Virus record (IMG/VR): IMGVR_UViG_3300024496_000030
Span: 19,117-83,116 of that record
Strand: one strand, 5' to 3'
Length of the DNA: 64,000 nt
Origin: a virus
Position numbers and translations under genes: made by a program. A model generated the notes under the pieces. It was not told the origin of the DNA. It worked only from the letters and a program-made list of their open reading frames with translations, and did no database searches. Shown piece after piece: positions 36,247-45,564 of this stretch (positions are counted from its first letter, which is position 1; every line of letters begins with the position of its first letter).

Positions 36247-36423
36247 ATGGAACCCCAACGCATCAGCGCTATCAAAGCCTCCCTGTACGACATGTCCATG
36301 GAGGAACTTCAAGATATGAGTGATGATCTCAGTGCTCTCATCTCAGTCTTAATTACACGCCAGGTGGCTATCGAAGATGCCATCTTGGATCGACTCGAAG
36401 CAGCCTTTGCGAAACAGGTATGA
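36247..36423 (+). CDS. small coiled-coil protein (58 aa)
   Basis: My translation MEPQRISAIKASLYDMSMEEL...; ATGA coupled to the deaminase. Confidence 0.55.
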   Translation: MEPQRISAIKASLYDMSMEELQDMSDDLSALISVLITRQVAIEDAILDRLEAAFAKQV

Positions 36424-36875
36424 ACCCTGAGGAGCACAAATGGCACCAGCGTTTTACCTTGCTAGCTAGGCAAGTTGCCAGCTGGAGTAAGGATCCATCC
36501 ACTCAAGTTGGTTGCGTACTGACTAACAACAAAAAGGTTTTAAGTGTTGGATATAACGGGTTTCCTAAGAACATTAGTGATGACCTAAACCGACTCATTG
36601 ATCGTGAGCAAAAGTATGAAATCACTGTTCATGCTGAGGTTAATGCAGTCACAACAGCTGCACTTCATGGTGTCAGTACTGAAGGCGCTAACGCTTACAT
36701 TACTTTCAATCCATGCTCTCGCTGTGCTGCTGTACTTATCAACGCAGGTATTAACGCCATCTATGTGGATGGCGGTGCCCAAGTCCCTGAGCGTTGGTTA
36801 GAAAACTTTATCTTGGCCAGCAAAATTCTTGCTGAAGCCGGGGTAGAGTACCACACCATTGATCCCACTTCCTAA
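36420..36875 (+). CDS. dCMP deaminase
   Basis: SKDPSTQVG, GYNGFP, HAEVNA, PCSRC. Confidence 0.92.
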   Translation: MNPEEHKWHQRFTLLARQVASWSKDPSTQVGCVLTNNKKVLSVGYNGFPKNISDDLNRLIDREQKYEITVHAEVNAVTTAALHGVSTEGANAYITFNPCSRCAAVLINAGINAIYVDGGAQVPERWLENFILASKILAEAGVEYHTIDPTS

Positions 36876-36877
36876 TC

Positions 36878-37627
36878 ATGAACACTCTGCTTGCTACTGG
36901 TATCTACGCCGGTGAGAAATTCATGGATAATGGTTTGCGTTTTGTGCAAATCAATCTTCCTAAAGTAGGTAATTCAGGAGCACAAGTTCCTCTGCTGGTT
37001 GTACCTAACAAAGCAGCAGGTGAAACCTTTGATGTATTCCAACCTGGTGCAACATTGTTAGTTGGCGGTCGTTTGTATCCCAATCGTCAAGACTACAAGA
37101 TGTACTTGGTTCCTAATCAAGTATTCCAAATTGCACCACCTAACTTAACTGTTAACCAGGTTAATCTTGCTGGTGGTGTTGGATTTATTCCAGAACAAAA
37201 CAAAGAAGATTTGTTTACTTTCTCGCTAATGTGCTCAGCCCCAGCGCAGCAGATCCTTGGTCACACCTGGGATGACAGCCTTGCCTTCCGCATGGAAGCC
37301 TGGGGTGATGACGCTAAGCGCATGACTGCAAACCTCCACGTGGGACGGCAGATTGCTGTCAGTGGCGTGCTCCGCTACAACACCTGGACGACACAGGATG
37401 GTCAGCAGCGTGGCATGTACCAGGTTCGCGTCAAAAGTGGTACCTATGCCTTCTTTGGTAAGAACAAGAAGAAGGAAGAGCAGAATGAACTGCGGGCCAT
37501 TAACACTGGCAATCGGTTTGAGTCGCCAGCAGCTGTCACAGCTGAGCCTTACCAGTCTGCTGTGCAACTGCCTCCTCTCCAGCAGGATGTGCCCGCTGGT
37601 GTAACAACTGATGATGTTCCTTTCTGA
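36878..37627 (+). CDS. ssb: SSB with two tandem OB folds
   Basis: GATLLVGGRL and GRQIAVSGVLRYNTW; acidic tip DDVPF. Confidence 0.7.
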   Translation: MNTLLATGIYAGEKFMDNGLRFVQINLPKVGNSGAQVPLLVVPNKAAGETFDVFQPGATLLVGGRLYPNRQDYKMYLVPNQVFQIAPPNLTVNQVNLAGGVGFIPEQNKEDLFTFSLMCSAPAQQILGHTWDDSLAFRMEAWGDDAKRMTANLHVGRQIAVSGVLRYNTWTTQDGQQRGMYQVRVKSGTYAFFGKNKKKEEQNELRAINTGNRFESPAAVTAEPYQSAVQLPPLQQDVPAGVTTDDVPF

Positions 37628-37632
37628 TTGCC

Positions 37633-37857
37633 ATGCCTCCTCAATTTGAACTTACAGGACAGGATTGTCTTTCTTTAAGAGATGCTATTGCTTACGAGTT
37701 TTATATGGATAATGTAGTTACAACTATGGAACAATGCAAAAGTAATGATGAAGATTATGCAAAGGCACTCGCAACGCTTGCAAGAGCTTCATACATTGTT
37801 GCAGATATATTCTGGGCAGCTCGTGAACAGCAACTCAATCCATCTAGTGAATCATAA
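37633..37857 (+). CDS. hypothetical protein
   Basis: LSLRD..A...A..SY..AD...AR pattern. Confidence 0.65.
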   Translation: MPPQFELTGQDCLSLRDAIAYEFYMDNVVTTMEQCKSNDEDYAKALATLARASYIVADIFWAAREQQLNPSSES

Positions 37858-37927
37858 GAAAAAGTAATACGTAACAATGAATTCAATCCATCTGCCTTAG
37901 CTAAGGTAGGGGAGGCGAAGAACCAAG

Positions 37928-37954
37928 GGTTGCGGGTCACACTGCAACCTTTTT
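37928..37954 (+). terminator. terminator-like hairpin
   Basis: GGTTGCGG-GTCACA-CTGCAACC-TTTTT. Confidence 0.55.
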
Positions 37955-37956
37955 AT

Positions 37957-38018
37957 CCTCAGGTCAGCGCCAGCGGAGCCAACCCGTTGTGCAGGTGCAA
38001 CTCCTGTTCTGAGGACCA
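37957..38018 (+). ncRNA. D-armless tRNA-like element with encoded CCA
   Basis: Acceptor CCTCAGG/TCTGAGG + A + CCA; arm CAGCGG-AGCCAAC-CCGTTG; T arm GCAGG-TGCAACT-CCTGT. Confidence 0.6.
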
Positions 38019-38051
38019 TCTAAACAAACCGACTGCTCTGAACAAACTGAA

Positions 38052-38975
38052 ATGACTTCAATTCTGAACCGCTATCTCAATACTGAGAAGTACCAGGGTG
38101 TCCTGCGTGACTTCTGCAACTGCCAGATCCTGAATGACAAGAGCCAGTGCGGCCTCTTTCTGAAGGACACTGTGCTGGCCCGTATTGGTTGGACTGGTGC
38201 TCCCGATCAATTCCCTGATGCTGAGGAGTACGAGCACACCTATAACAACGGTGACAGCAACAAAGGAATCTTCTTTAAGACTCCCCGCATGGTAGTGCTG
38301 CACTGCGGTTTCAGGAAAGATGTCACCTTTATCGAGAATTCCGAGAAGGGTGGCATCGAAGGAATCTATCCTCGTGATTCGTTTCTCTATGACGATTGGC
38401 AGGAGAAGAATCCCAACAAGCCTTCGCCCTACAAGCGTCGTCGTCTTGTTCTGATCTTCCTTGTTGATGAGAAGGGCACTCCGGTTCACAAGAAGCCGCT
38501 GCTCCTTTCCATCCACGGTGGTGCTTCCAACCTGTTTACCGATGCTTACGGCACTTTCATCGAGCAGCTGGAGTCTGCGTTTGCTGAATTTGCTGGGCTG
38601 AAAGGTGGCGCTGGCTTTGACCCCAAGCAAGCAGCTGCTGCAATCTTTACTCCCACCTTTGGTTCTCAGCTCTATGGTGAGAACAACAAGAGCTGGATTG
38701 CATTCCCCAAGCAATGGGTTGTCCCCACGGTCAAGAACATCGAGTCTTTCTTCCCTAAGGGTGAGGATGATATCGACTTCATTGAGGAAGTGTGGGAGAC
38801 TTGTCCGCCTGAGGTGTATGCCAAGTCCTTCTTCCAGCAATGTGAGAAGGAGATTGGCTACCACGCCATCAAGCCTGGCCTGGATTTCTCCCTGCCTCCT
38901 GTTGAATCCTCTGGCTCCAGTGCTCGTGTGCTGACCGGCGCACGGGATCCTGAGACCGGAGAGATCGAACTCTGA
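38052..38975 (+). CDS. DUF5895-like cyanobacterial/phage protein (possible ssDNA-binding or annealing)
   Basis: PRMVVL, IFLVDEKGTPVHKKPLLLSIHG pattern; next to SSB. Confidence 0.5.
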   Translation: MTSILNRYLNTEKYQGVLRDFCNCQILNDKSQCGLFLKDTVLARIGWTGAPDQFPDAEEYEHTYNNGDSNKGIFFKTPRMVVLHCGFRKDVTFIENSEKGGIEGIYPRDSFLYDDWQEKNPNKPSPYKRRRLVLIFLVDEKGTPVHKKPLLLSIHGGASNLFTDAYGTFIEQLESAFAEFAGLKGGAGFDPKQAAAAIFTPTFGSQLYGENNKSWIAFPKQWVVPTVKNIESFFPKGEDDIDFIEEVWETCPPEVYAKSFFQQCEKEIGYHAIKPGLDFSLPPVESSGSSARVLTGARDPETGEIEL

Positions 38976-38998
38976 TCTAGACTGCTTCTGGAATGTTC

Positions 38999-39024
38999 AG
39001 CCGCTCCTTCGGGGGCGGTTTTTT
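38999..39024 (+). terminator. intrinsic terminator
   Basis: GCCGCTCC-TTCG-GGGGCGGT then T run, between convergent genes. Confidence 0.8.
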
Positions 39025-39268
39025 ATTCTTCGTAGTAGGTTTTGATCACATCAGCCTCCAGGTTGGCAAGCCGTGTAATCAAACTTCTAATTACTGCTTG
39101 ACGTTGAACCGAGAGTTGCAATAGCTTCAGAGCTGCAGACTTCAGAACAATCGGATCGTCAACTGCTTCTATTTCTTTTGTCAGCTTCGTAAGCAAGAAC
39201 TCATCTTCTAATGACAGGTTAAAATCATCAGGATTGAACTTAAACTCAATCAGCTCAAAGCCAGACAT
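39023..39268 (-). CDS. NblA-like protein
   Basis: LSLEDEF start of a helix-loop-helix, size typical of NblA. Confidence 0.5.
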   Translation of the reverse strand: MSGFELIEFKFNPDDFNLSLEDEFLLTKLTKEIEAVDDPIVLKSAALKLLQLSVQRQAVIRSLITRLANLEADVIKTYYEE

Positions 39269-39358
39269 CTTGACATGGCATAATGTTTAGTCTAAGCATT
39301 AAACATGCGAAGTAAAGTTTGAGTTAGACTATCTTTATATTCTGATCCACTAGCAACT

Positions 39359-39973
39359 GTGGCAATCCCTAAAGCAGATCCCAAAAGTTTTCTAAACCGT
39401 TATATCGGTAAAAACGATCAAGAGTCTGGTAAAGAACGTAGAGAGCGCCGCCAGGAACGACGCGAAAAGAAAAGAGAGCGTCAGTACAATGCTTCTATTC
39501 CTCAGGAATATAAAGATAAGTATGGTTCTACTGCTGGATCTATGTACGAAAGGGATAAGCTTGCCCAACGTGACGTCTCTACTGCAATGACAAAGCAAGG
39601 CGTTACTCCACTAGAAATAGATCGTTATGGTAGTGATGCTTTAAATGTGGCACGTGCACGCCAGTTAAACGAGCAGAAGAAGCAGATTGCAATGGATACT
39701 CTTACTCCAGGGATGGAGGATCGTCAAAAGGCGTTAGATGAAAGCTTCCGTTTAGCACAAACCGCCGGCATTCCAGGTGCTCGTGACTCTAAGCAAGCAA
39801 CTAAGGATTTCTACACTAAAGAATTTGCTCGGTTTGGTAATAGCGCAAATGTTTTTGGTATGAAAGATCTGCTTGAAATGCGTAACCGGGGCGAAAGCGA
39901 AGGAGATATTCGCCGTATTGCTTTAACCATTGGTAGCGTTGGTCCACTTGCTCGTAAAGAGCTTGGAATTTAA
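39359..39973 (+). CDS. charged late-type protein with FLxxY motif
   Basis: SFLNRYI; R/E-rich. Confidence 0.65.
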   Translation: MAIPKADPKSFLNRYIGKNDQESGKERRERRQERREKKRERQYNASIPQEYKDKYGSTAGSMYERDKLAQRDVSTAMTKQGVTPLEIDRYGSDALNVARARQLNEQKKQIAMDTLTPGMEDRQKALDESFRLAQTAGIPGARDSKQATKDFYTKEFARFGNSANVFGMKDLLEMRNRGESEGDIRRIALTIGSVGPLARKELGI

Positions 39974-40021
39974 TTAACGTCTTGCTAGACTATTTTCTAT
40001 AACACATAGACTATAACAACT

Positions 40022-40828
40022 GTGGCTGATACTGCACCAACTACTCCTACCAAGTCACTGTCTCAGCAGTTCCTTGACAAATACTTGGCTGATCCTGAGA
40101 AGAACCCTTATGGTCAGTTCTACTCTCAAGCAGCTGGTAATTCAGTAGTTGGTCAGTTGCCACGTTCTTTTGAGAAGTACGGAGCATTACCTGATCCTTT
40201 AGCTCTTGCTAAACAGTTGCAAGGAGCAGGTGACTCTCGCGCTGTACTAAAAGCTTCTCAAGCTGCTGTTAATAAATTTAGTGAGCAACGTGCTGCTAAT
40301 TATGCAGCTTATGAAGAACCTTACAAAAAAGCTGAAGCATTGTTCCGCCAGCAAAGGCAAACAGGTTTTGCTACTCCAGAAGCAGAACAAGAAGCTCGTC
40401 AAGGTTTAGCTGCTGTTCGTGAAGCCACTTTCATTCCTTACTTAGCCAACCGTGGTTATCTCCAGGCTCAAGAACAGTTGACAAGAGATGCAAGTACTCT
40501 GGCTAAGCGTGAATCCAGGATGTCCCGCATCAGTGAACTGCTGTCTAGCCGTGGTGCTAGTCAAGAAATCATTGATGCAAGTTTAGATCCTTTCAAGAAA
40601 ATTCAGAAACGCCAAGAAAAACGAGCAGCTACTCGCTACGGAGCTGTTAAAGATGTTGGACAAGGTGGCACTGTTGAACTTGGTGATCGTTTAACAGCTG
40701 GAGAAAGTATTAAAGGAATGATGAACAAAGCTGTAGATGAAGCATCTGATCGCCGTTGGCGCAAACAATACCGTGATGGTAAAGCTCCTGGTCAGGGGGC
40801 TGGCTACGAATCCCGATCTAAAGCTTGA
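40022..40828 (+). CDS. A/Q-rich late-type protein with FLxxY motif
   Basis: QFLDKYL. Confidence 0.65.
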   Translation: MADTAPTTPTKSLSQQFLDKYLADPEKNPYGQFYSQAAGNSVVGQLPRSFEKYGALPDPLALAKQLQGAGDSRAVLKASQAAVNKFSEQRAANYAAYEEPYKKAEALFRQQRQTGFATPEAEQEARQGLAAVREATFIPYLANRGYLQAQEQLTRDASTLAKRESRMSRISELLSSRGASQEIIDASLDPFKKIQKRQEKRAATRYGAVKDVGQGGTVELGDRLTAGESIKGMMNKAVDEASDRRWRKQYRDGKAPGQGAGYESRSKA

Positions 40829-40879
40829 CGGCAACAACTGAAAACCTAGACTGGATCTGGGTTTTCAGCTCTTGCTACA

Positions 40880-41011
40880 ATGGCAAAGAAATCTTTCAGC
40901 GGCACCATTCACAAGGAGTCTGTGCCTAAACGGACTTCTATTGGCCATGGCCGGCGCAAGCGTGGCTCGTTTAAGAACAGCAAAAAGTACAGGGGGCAAG
41001 GAAAAGCATGA
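40880..41011 (+). CDS. small basic phage protein ending YRGQG
   Basis: My translation MAKKSFSG...PKRTSIGHG...KKYRGQGKA. Confidence 0.7.
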   Translation: MAKKSFSGTIHKESVPKRTSIGHGRRKRGSFKNSKKYRGQGKA

Positions 41012-41067
41012 CCTTCTAGACCTGGAGTAAGTCTTAAAACTGCTCCTGCACACACCACCTGACCGTA

Positions 41068-41940
41068 ATGACCGTAACCGAAGCGCTGCTTTCCGATGCT
41101 CAGCGTCTTGTGTATGGACGCAGAAGAATTATTGACACGCTCTATCAAGAAGATCCAGATAAGTTCAAAGTTTTACAGGCTACTGATATTCAATCCATCT
41201 CACTCCAGGATGATTTGGTTTGTCTGGATCTAGCAGACACCCAACTCTATATAGAGCGGGCAAAAATCCTCAAAAATTTTTGGGAGCACCGCACGCGTAC
41301 CCCTTCCTACTTTGATTACAAGGTCTGGAGCCAGGCATTGAGCAGCCGCCCCTGGCAAGGAACACCTGTTGCAGCCTTGGATTACGGTCCGTCCCAAGCA
41401 ATTGATGCGCTGGAGCCTTTGCTGGGACGCCCGCCTCGAATTCAAACGGATCGTGATGGAGTACAGAAGTTGTACTTTGTTATGGAGAAAGAAGAAATGT
41501 GCAGCTGTGAATCATGGAATCAAATGCATGTTCACAGGCATGAACTTTCTGATGAGTTCTCTACTTATACCGACATAAAATTCAAGCCTATTTGTAAGCA
41601 TTTACAATGGTGTTCTGCCAACATGTTGCTTCATGCAATTCGGTTTGAATCCAGGCAGAACGATAAAGAATATAACCCAAGAATCTGTGTCTACTATTTT
41701 GATCATCGTCGCGGTTTGTTACTGTATCGCGTTACTTATGACGGTGTAAAAACAGGTGGTCAGTGGCTACCTGTTGGTGGGTGGAAAGAAAAAGCTGTCT
41801 ATGACAGCAACCACATGCCAACCGGAGCTTGCTGGCAAACCTTCACCGATGCTTTAACTCAAGATCCTCCCTTCAAACTATCGCCCTATTCCCATAGCCT
41901 GGGTGCTCTGATGAATAGCACCTGCTCTAAACAGTCCTGA
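41068..41940 (+). CDS. SWIM-type zinc finger protein
   Basis: CSC...CKH. Confidence 0.65.
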   Translation: MTVTEALLSDAQRLVYGRRRIIDTLYQEDPDKFKVLQATDIQSISLQDDLVCLDLADTQLYIERAKILKNFWEHRTRTPSYFDYKVWSQALSSRPWQGTPVAALDYGPSQAIDALEPLLGRPPRIQTDRDGVQKLYFVMEKEEMCSCESWNQMHVHRHELSDEFSTYTDIKFKPICKHLQWCSANMLLHAIRFESRQNDKEYNPRICVYYFDHRRGLLLYRVTYDGVKTGGQWLPVGGWKEKAVYDSNHMPTGACWQTFTDALTQDPPFKLSPYSHSLGALMNSTCSKQS

Positions 41941-41964
41941 TTGCACACCACCGCATTACTCACC

Positions 41965-42561
41965 ATGGCTGACAAGCTTTCCCTGATCCAGATTGCTGAA
42001 TCCATCCAGCACATCAGCTTCTTGAAGGACATGCCCGACATCCCCGAAGATGAGCGGGCCATGCTGGAGCAACATCTTCATGATCTGGCTTCTCGCCAGG
42101 AGTCCAAGTTTGATGCCATCATCGGCATGATTAAAAAGTGCGATGCTTATATCGAGGCATTGCAAACAGAGATGGATGAGATTAAGGTAAACCTAGATGC
42201 ATGGAAAAAGAACCGAGAGAAAATGGTTTCCATTGTTAAGTTTGCGTATCAACAGAATCTCATTGATAACAAACCAACAGGCGTTAAATATCAAGCTACT
42301 ATTCGTAAAGTTAAGCCACGTCTTGTGGATAACTTTGAACACTGGGAGGAGGAAGATAAGACTGAATTTGGTTTGCGTAAGACCACAACAGTAACGCGCA
42401 TTAAAGACAACACAGTTGTGGATGTGAAGCAAGAGGATATACCTGATAAAGACCGGGTGCGTGATGCACTTGCTACTGATGACGGCTCAGCGCCAGCAGC
42501 AGCCCAGCTTGTTCCTGGATTCTCCTTTGTGTATGAGCGCCGCAAGAGATTAACTACCTGA
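41965..42561 (+). CDS. Gp157/Gam-like coiled-coil protein
   Basis: ESKFDAI.....IEALQTE....K; PDKDRVRDAL...VPG. Confidence 0.6.
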   Translation: MADKLSLIQIAESIQHISFLKDMPDIPEDERAMLEQHLHDLASRQESKFDAIIGMIKKCDAYIEALQTEMDEIKVNLDAWKKNREKMVSIVKFAYQQNLIDNKPTGVKYQATIRKVKPRLVDNFEHWEEEDKTEFGLRKTTTVTRIKDNTVVDVKQEDIPDKDRVRDALATDDGSAPAAAQLVPGFSFVYERRKRLTT

Positions 42562-42642
42562 TAAACTAGATGAGTTCCCCCTCTCTTTGATGGGGCCTCA
42601 CGGTTCTGGAGGCGTCCGTTAACGTCTCCCCGACTTCCCCTC

Positions 42643-42813
42643 ATGCGTCGCCAAAAGCTCTGGCACCTCTGGGCAAAAGCACTCGGAGAAAAGACAGGAC
42701 GGACAACCTCAGAAGCTGATCAGGTTGCTCTTATCCGTTCCGTCATCTTCTTAACTTACTTCTTAACTAACTGTTTCATTGTGGCTGGTGTCATTCGCCA
42801 CTGGAACAACTGA
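42643..42813 (+). CDS. small conserved membrane protein (WAKALGEK...VIRHW)
   Basis: My translation, 56 aa; recognised cyanophage pattern. Confidence 0.7.
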   Translation: MRRQKLWHLWAKALGEKTGRTTSEADQVALIRSVIFLTYFLTNCFIVAGVIRHWNN

Positions 42814-42903
42814 GTCTCGTGTAAGACTTAACACTTTCTCCCTACCCTCCCTAGTAACCAAGAACAACATCCGCTAATCTTGGTGCGGCCTTCCGTACCT
42901 TCT

Positions 42904-43230
42904 ATGGCTGCTGAGTTCTACTACAGGGATTACGAAACCTATTTCCCCACATTCAGCAAGCACTCTGGCAAAATTGCTGAAATGATGGCTCATTTGAACC
43001 ATCAGATTACTGAATTTAATTTGGCGCCAGTACCCAGTCAGGAACTGTTTCGTATGACTTTGGATCTGATGTATTACGTTGATCAAAGTTATAAATCAGA
43101 TCACGGTATTCCTGATCAGTACGAAGTTCTTTCTTTCAAAACTAAAGATGAAATGCTTGATTCAATGCGATCTCTCCTCAAAGAAGAACTTGATCGGTAC
43201 CTGGGATCTAGCGATGCAGCCAATCAATGA
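42904..43230 (+). CDS. hypothetical protein
   Basis: ATG 42904 in track ORF. Confidence 0.6.
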   Translation: MAAEFYYRDYETYFPTFSKHSGKIAEMMAHLNHQITEFNLAPVPSQELFRMTLDLMYYVDQSYKSDHGIPDQYEVLSFKTKDEMLDSMRSLLKEELDRYLGSSDAANQ

Positions 43231-43405
43231 AACCACTCAGTCCTGGGTCTGTGATGTTGATGAGGACGGTGTTCTTACCTTCCCCGATGAACTCTGGAAC
43301 CTCATGGGTTGGCAGGAAGGAGACACTGTGGAGTTTCTTGATCAAGAAGATGGATCATTTATTCTCAGGAAAGTAGACCCTGAAAGCAATGATCAAGATT
43401 GTTAA
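43214..43405 (+). CDS. AbrB/MazE-fold protein
   Basis: LTFPDELWNLMGWQEGDTVEFLDQEDGSFILRK. Confidence 0.75.
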   Translation: MQPINETTQSWVCDVDEDGVLTFPDELWNLMGWQEGDTVEFLDQEDGSFILRKVDPESNDQDC

Positions 43406-43555
43406 AGATAAGTTGGTCCGACGTTTGAATGTTCATCTGGTGTCTCACATTGGGGCGCCAGAAACATCAACTGATTGGGTCAATGGCTATCAACAAGCCA
43501 TCAATGATGCTGAAAAGTTTCTTGATCAGCTTGAAGTTTATGAACCTTACACAGA

Positions 43556-43969
43556 ATGAAACTTTCCGAACTTCTCAACAAGCTGCAACGGTTTCACGAT
43601 CTGTACCCACAGATTGATCCTGAAATCACGCTGACTGAAGTTGCATATTGTACTTATGATATAAGAAAGACTGATCCCGAGTTTTACTGTAGAACTGTCA
43701 AGGAAATTACTTGTTTTGAGTTGCAAACATTCTTGCATATCCCTGCTGAAAGTTTGTTTTCAGAACGCGGTCCTTACCTAAACATCTTCTATGAAGGCGA
43801 TGTTATTGATAGACCAGAAGACTATTGGAAAAACAATTACTTTGCTCAACATGCAAACAAACAAACTGGAGCAGTTCATTCAAGCAGCTGCTCAAGCCCA
43901 GACCCAGGATCTCCAGTGGATCAGCAACCTGTACCAGAGCAGGCTGAAGAATCTTACGGAGAAAAGTGA
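43556..43969 (+). CDS. hypothetical protein
   Basis: ORF track. Confidence 0.55.
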   Translation: MKLSELLNKLQRFHDLYPQIDPEITLTEVAYCTYDIRKTDPEFYCRTVKEITCFELQTFLHIPAESLFSERGPYLNIFYEGDVIDRPEDYWKNNYFAQHANKQTGAVHSSSCSSPDPGSPVDQQPVPEQAEESYGEK

Positions 43970-44001
43970 GAAATATAATGAAGGGAAGAATTCTGCTTTC
44001 A

Positions 44002-44229
44002 ATGAAAACACACAAACTAATTGACCTCATGCAGCCAGAGTGGGTTTGTACCGACTGTGGTAGGCAATGGGGTCTATGGTGGGATGATGGAAAATACGCC
44101 GGCCCAGCAAAACACTGTGCTACCTTCCATGACGGAAAGTGTGATGTGTGCGGTAATAAAAAACCTGTAACTGAAGCTCGTGACTACGGTTACCTAAAAG
44201 AAGGATGGCATGAACCTTTGGTAGAGTAG
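44002..44229 (+). CDS. small Zn-finger protein
   Basis: CTDCG...CDVCG...VTEARDYGYL. Confidence 0.7.
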   Translation: MKTHKLIDLMQPEWVCTDCGRQWGLWWDDGKYAGPAKHCATFHDGKCDVCGNKKPVTEARDYGYLKEGWHEPLVE

Positions 44230-44459
44230 TACCAATAAAAGTGCTTTGGAATGATGCGTCATCGCAGCGCTCTTAAAGAACAAGTTCTTGCTGATGCTCG
44301 TAAGAAAATGGGCATGAGCGATGAAAAACGTACCGAGTTTCAGCAACGAATGAAAGAAGCTAAGGCCAAGCGTATGGCTAAGCAAGAGAAGAAGACAGCT
44401 TCTGCATAATTGCTTCTTAAATAAAACCTGCTAACTTAGTGCTGTAAGTACCATTTCAT

Positions 44460-44696
44460 ATGGCTCGCAGCACTAAACAAGCACGCTTTAAAGGTAAGCC
44501 TTCGGAAATCCTAGACTCCATTGAGTTCGAGGGTTACACCATTCAGTCTTTACGCCACGGGGTAACGGGACATATTCTCTACCGTTATCCCAGCGAAGAT
44601 TATGACTGGGAACCCTGCTGGGGTATGGACCTTGAAACGGCTAAAAAATCGGTGTTGCGCTGTCGAGAAGCAGAGCAACTACAATCAAAAGCATAA
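44460..44696 (+). CDS. hypothetical protein
   Basis: ORF track; extended -10 TGCTAACTT at 44429. Confidence 0.6.
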   Translation: MARSTKQARFKGKPSEILDSIEFEGYTIQSLRHGVTGHILYRYPSEDYDWEPCWGMDLETAKKSVLRCREAEQLQSKA

Positions 44697-44707
44697 TTAG
44701 TGTTGTC

Positions 44708-44968
44708 ATGGGACCAGTTAAGAACGACCTTATGGATGACCTTGCATGGTCCATCTATGAGTACTTAGTTGATGAGTCAACCAAGTACGAGGGTTCTTTG
44801 CTGGTCCTCATGCCAATCACCAAGATTGCTAAACAGTTTGAACGTAATCACCGGACTGTCACCAGGCGGTTGAGTGCGCTTAAAAATGAAGGGTTGATTA
44901 CTCCTATCATCAAAAAAGACTATGTGACACTTTATAGTGTTGCTGATGCGGAGATTCCTGATGAATGA
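44708..44968 (+). CDS. winged-helix DNA-binding protein
   Basis: ITKIAKQFERNHRTVTRRLSALKNEGLI. Confidence 0.7.
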   Translation: MGPVKNDLMDDLAWSIYEYLVDESTKYEGSLLVLMPITKIAKQFERNHRTVTRRLSALKNEGLITPIIKKDYVTLYSVADAEIPDE

Positions 44969-45254
44969 ACGAGAACAAAATCCCGTTGCGGATCTCACAT
45001 TCCTCTTGGGTAGCTTTACTGACAATGGCCGCTCGCTTCGATCTTTTGTGAATCACCCTCAAGAACTGGCTATCACCATCTTGGTTACTGGATTACTGTC
45101 TAACTCCAGGTGGGCAATGGATCCAGAAGATGCCATCAAGACTGCCTTTGTGATTCACGAGCAGATTCAGAAGGAAGTGCAGAACTATCAGTCCTTGAAG
45201 TTCGTCAACAACGTTGAGAACTGCTTTAAGAGACCGGAGTTGACGGAGGAATGA
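44961..45254 (+). CDS. hypothetical protein
   Basis: ATG 44961 in track ORF. Confidence 0.6.
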   Translation: MNEREQNPVADLTFLLGSFTDNGRSLRSFVNHPQELAITILVTGLLSNSRWAMDPEDAIKTAFVIHEQIQKEVQNYQSLKFVNNVENCFKRPELTEE

Positions 45255-45511
45255 AAAAGAAATCCACGCACGCACCTCTCTCCTACTTCGATATTGATAT
45301 CGAGTGGGGTCATGTCCGGATTGGCAAGCTGTTGATTCACTGGTTTAACTCCAGTGCTCAGTACGACAGCTGGGGAAGTTGCGATATTACGTGGGATCTT
45401 AAGCATTCTTTCCTTTTCTGCTTTAATGAGGTGCGCCAGCGGTTTGAGTTCAGTCACCGCATCATTGATCCCGATATCCGCCGGGTCATGCAGGGCGTCA
45501 AACACTTCTAA
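45251..45511 (+). CDS. hypothetical protein
   Basis: ORF track. Confidence 0.55.
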   Translation: MKKKSTHAPLSYFDIDIEWGHVRIGKLLIHWFNSSAQYDSWGSCDITWDLKHSFLFCFNEVRQRFEFSHRIIDPDIRRVMQGVKHF

Positions 45512-45564
45512 TTGGTTGCAACCACTCAGGTTTTTGCTACGTTACAGGGACTTGAGCTGCGTCT

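Noticed and set aside
37957-38018. Canonical tRNA-Trp(CCA) or tmRNA end
   Set aside because: No D arm, G33, A73 and no G3-U70; kept only as tRNA-like
38058-38864. 268-aa minus-strand ORF
   Set aside because: Antisense shadow of a codon-biased gene; the same applies to many short antisense track ORFs
23086-42830. AGTCT-N4/6-AGACT palindromes at ~23087 and ~42813
   Set aside because: Only 5-6-bp arms and two copies; could be chance
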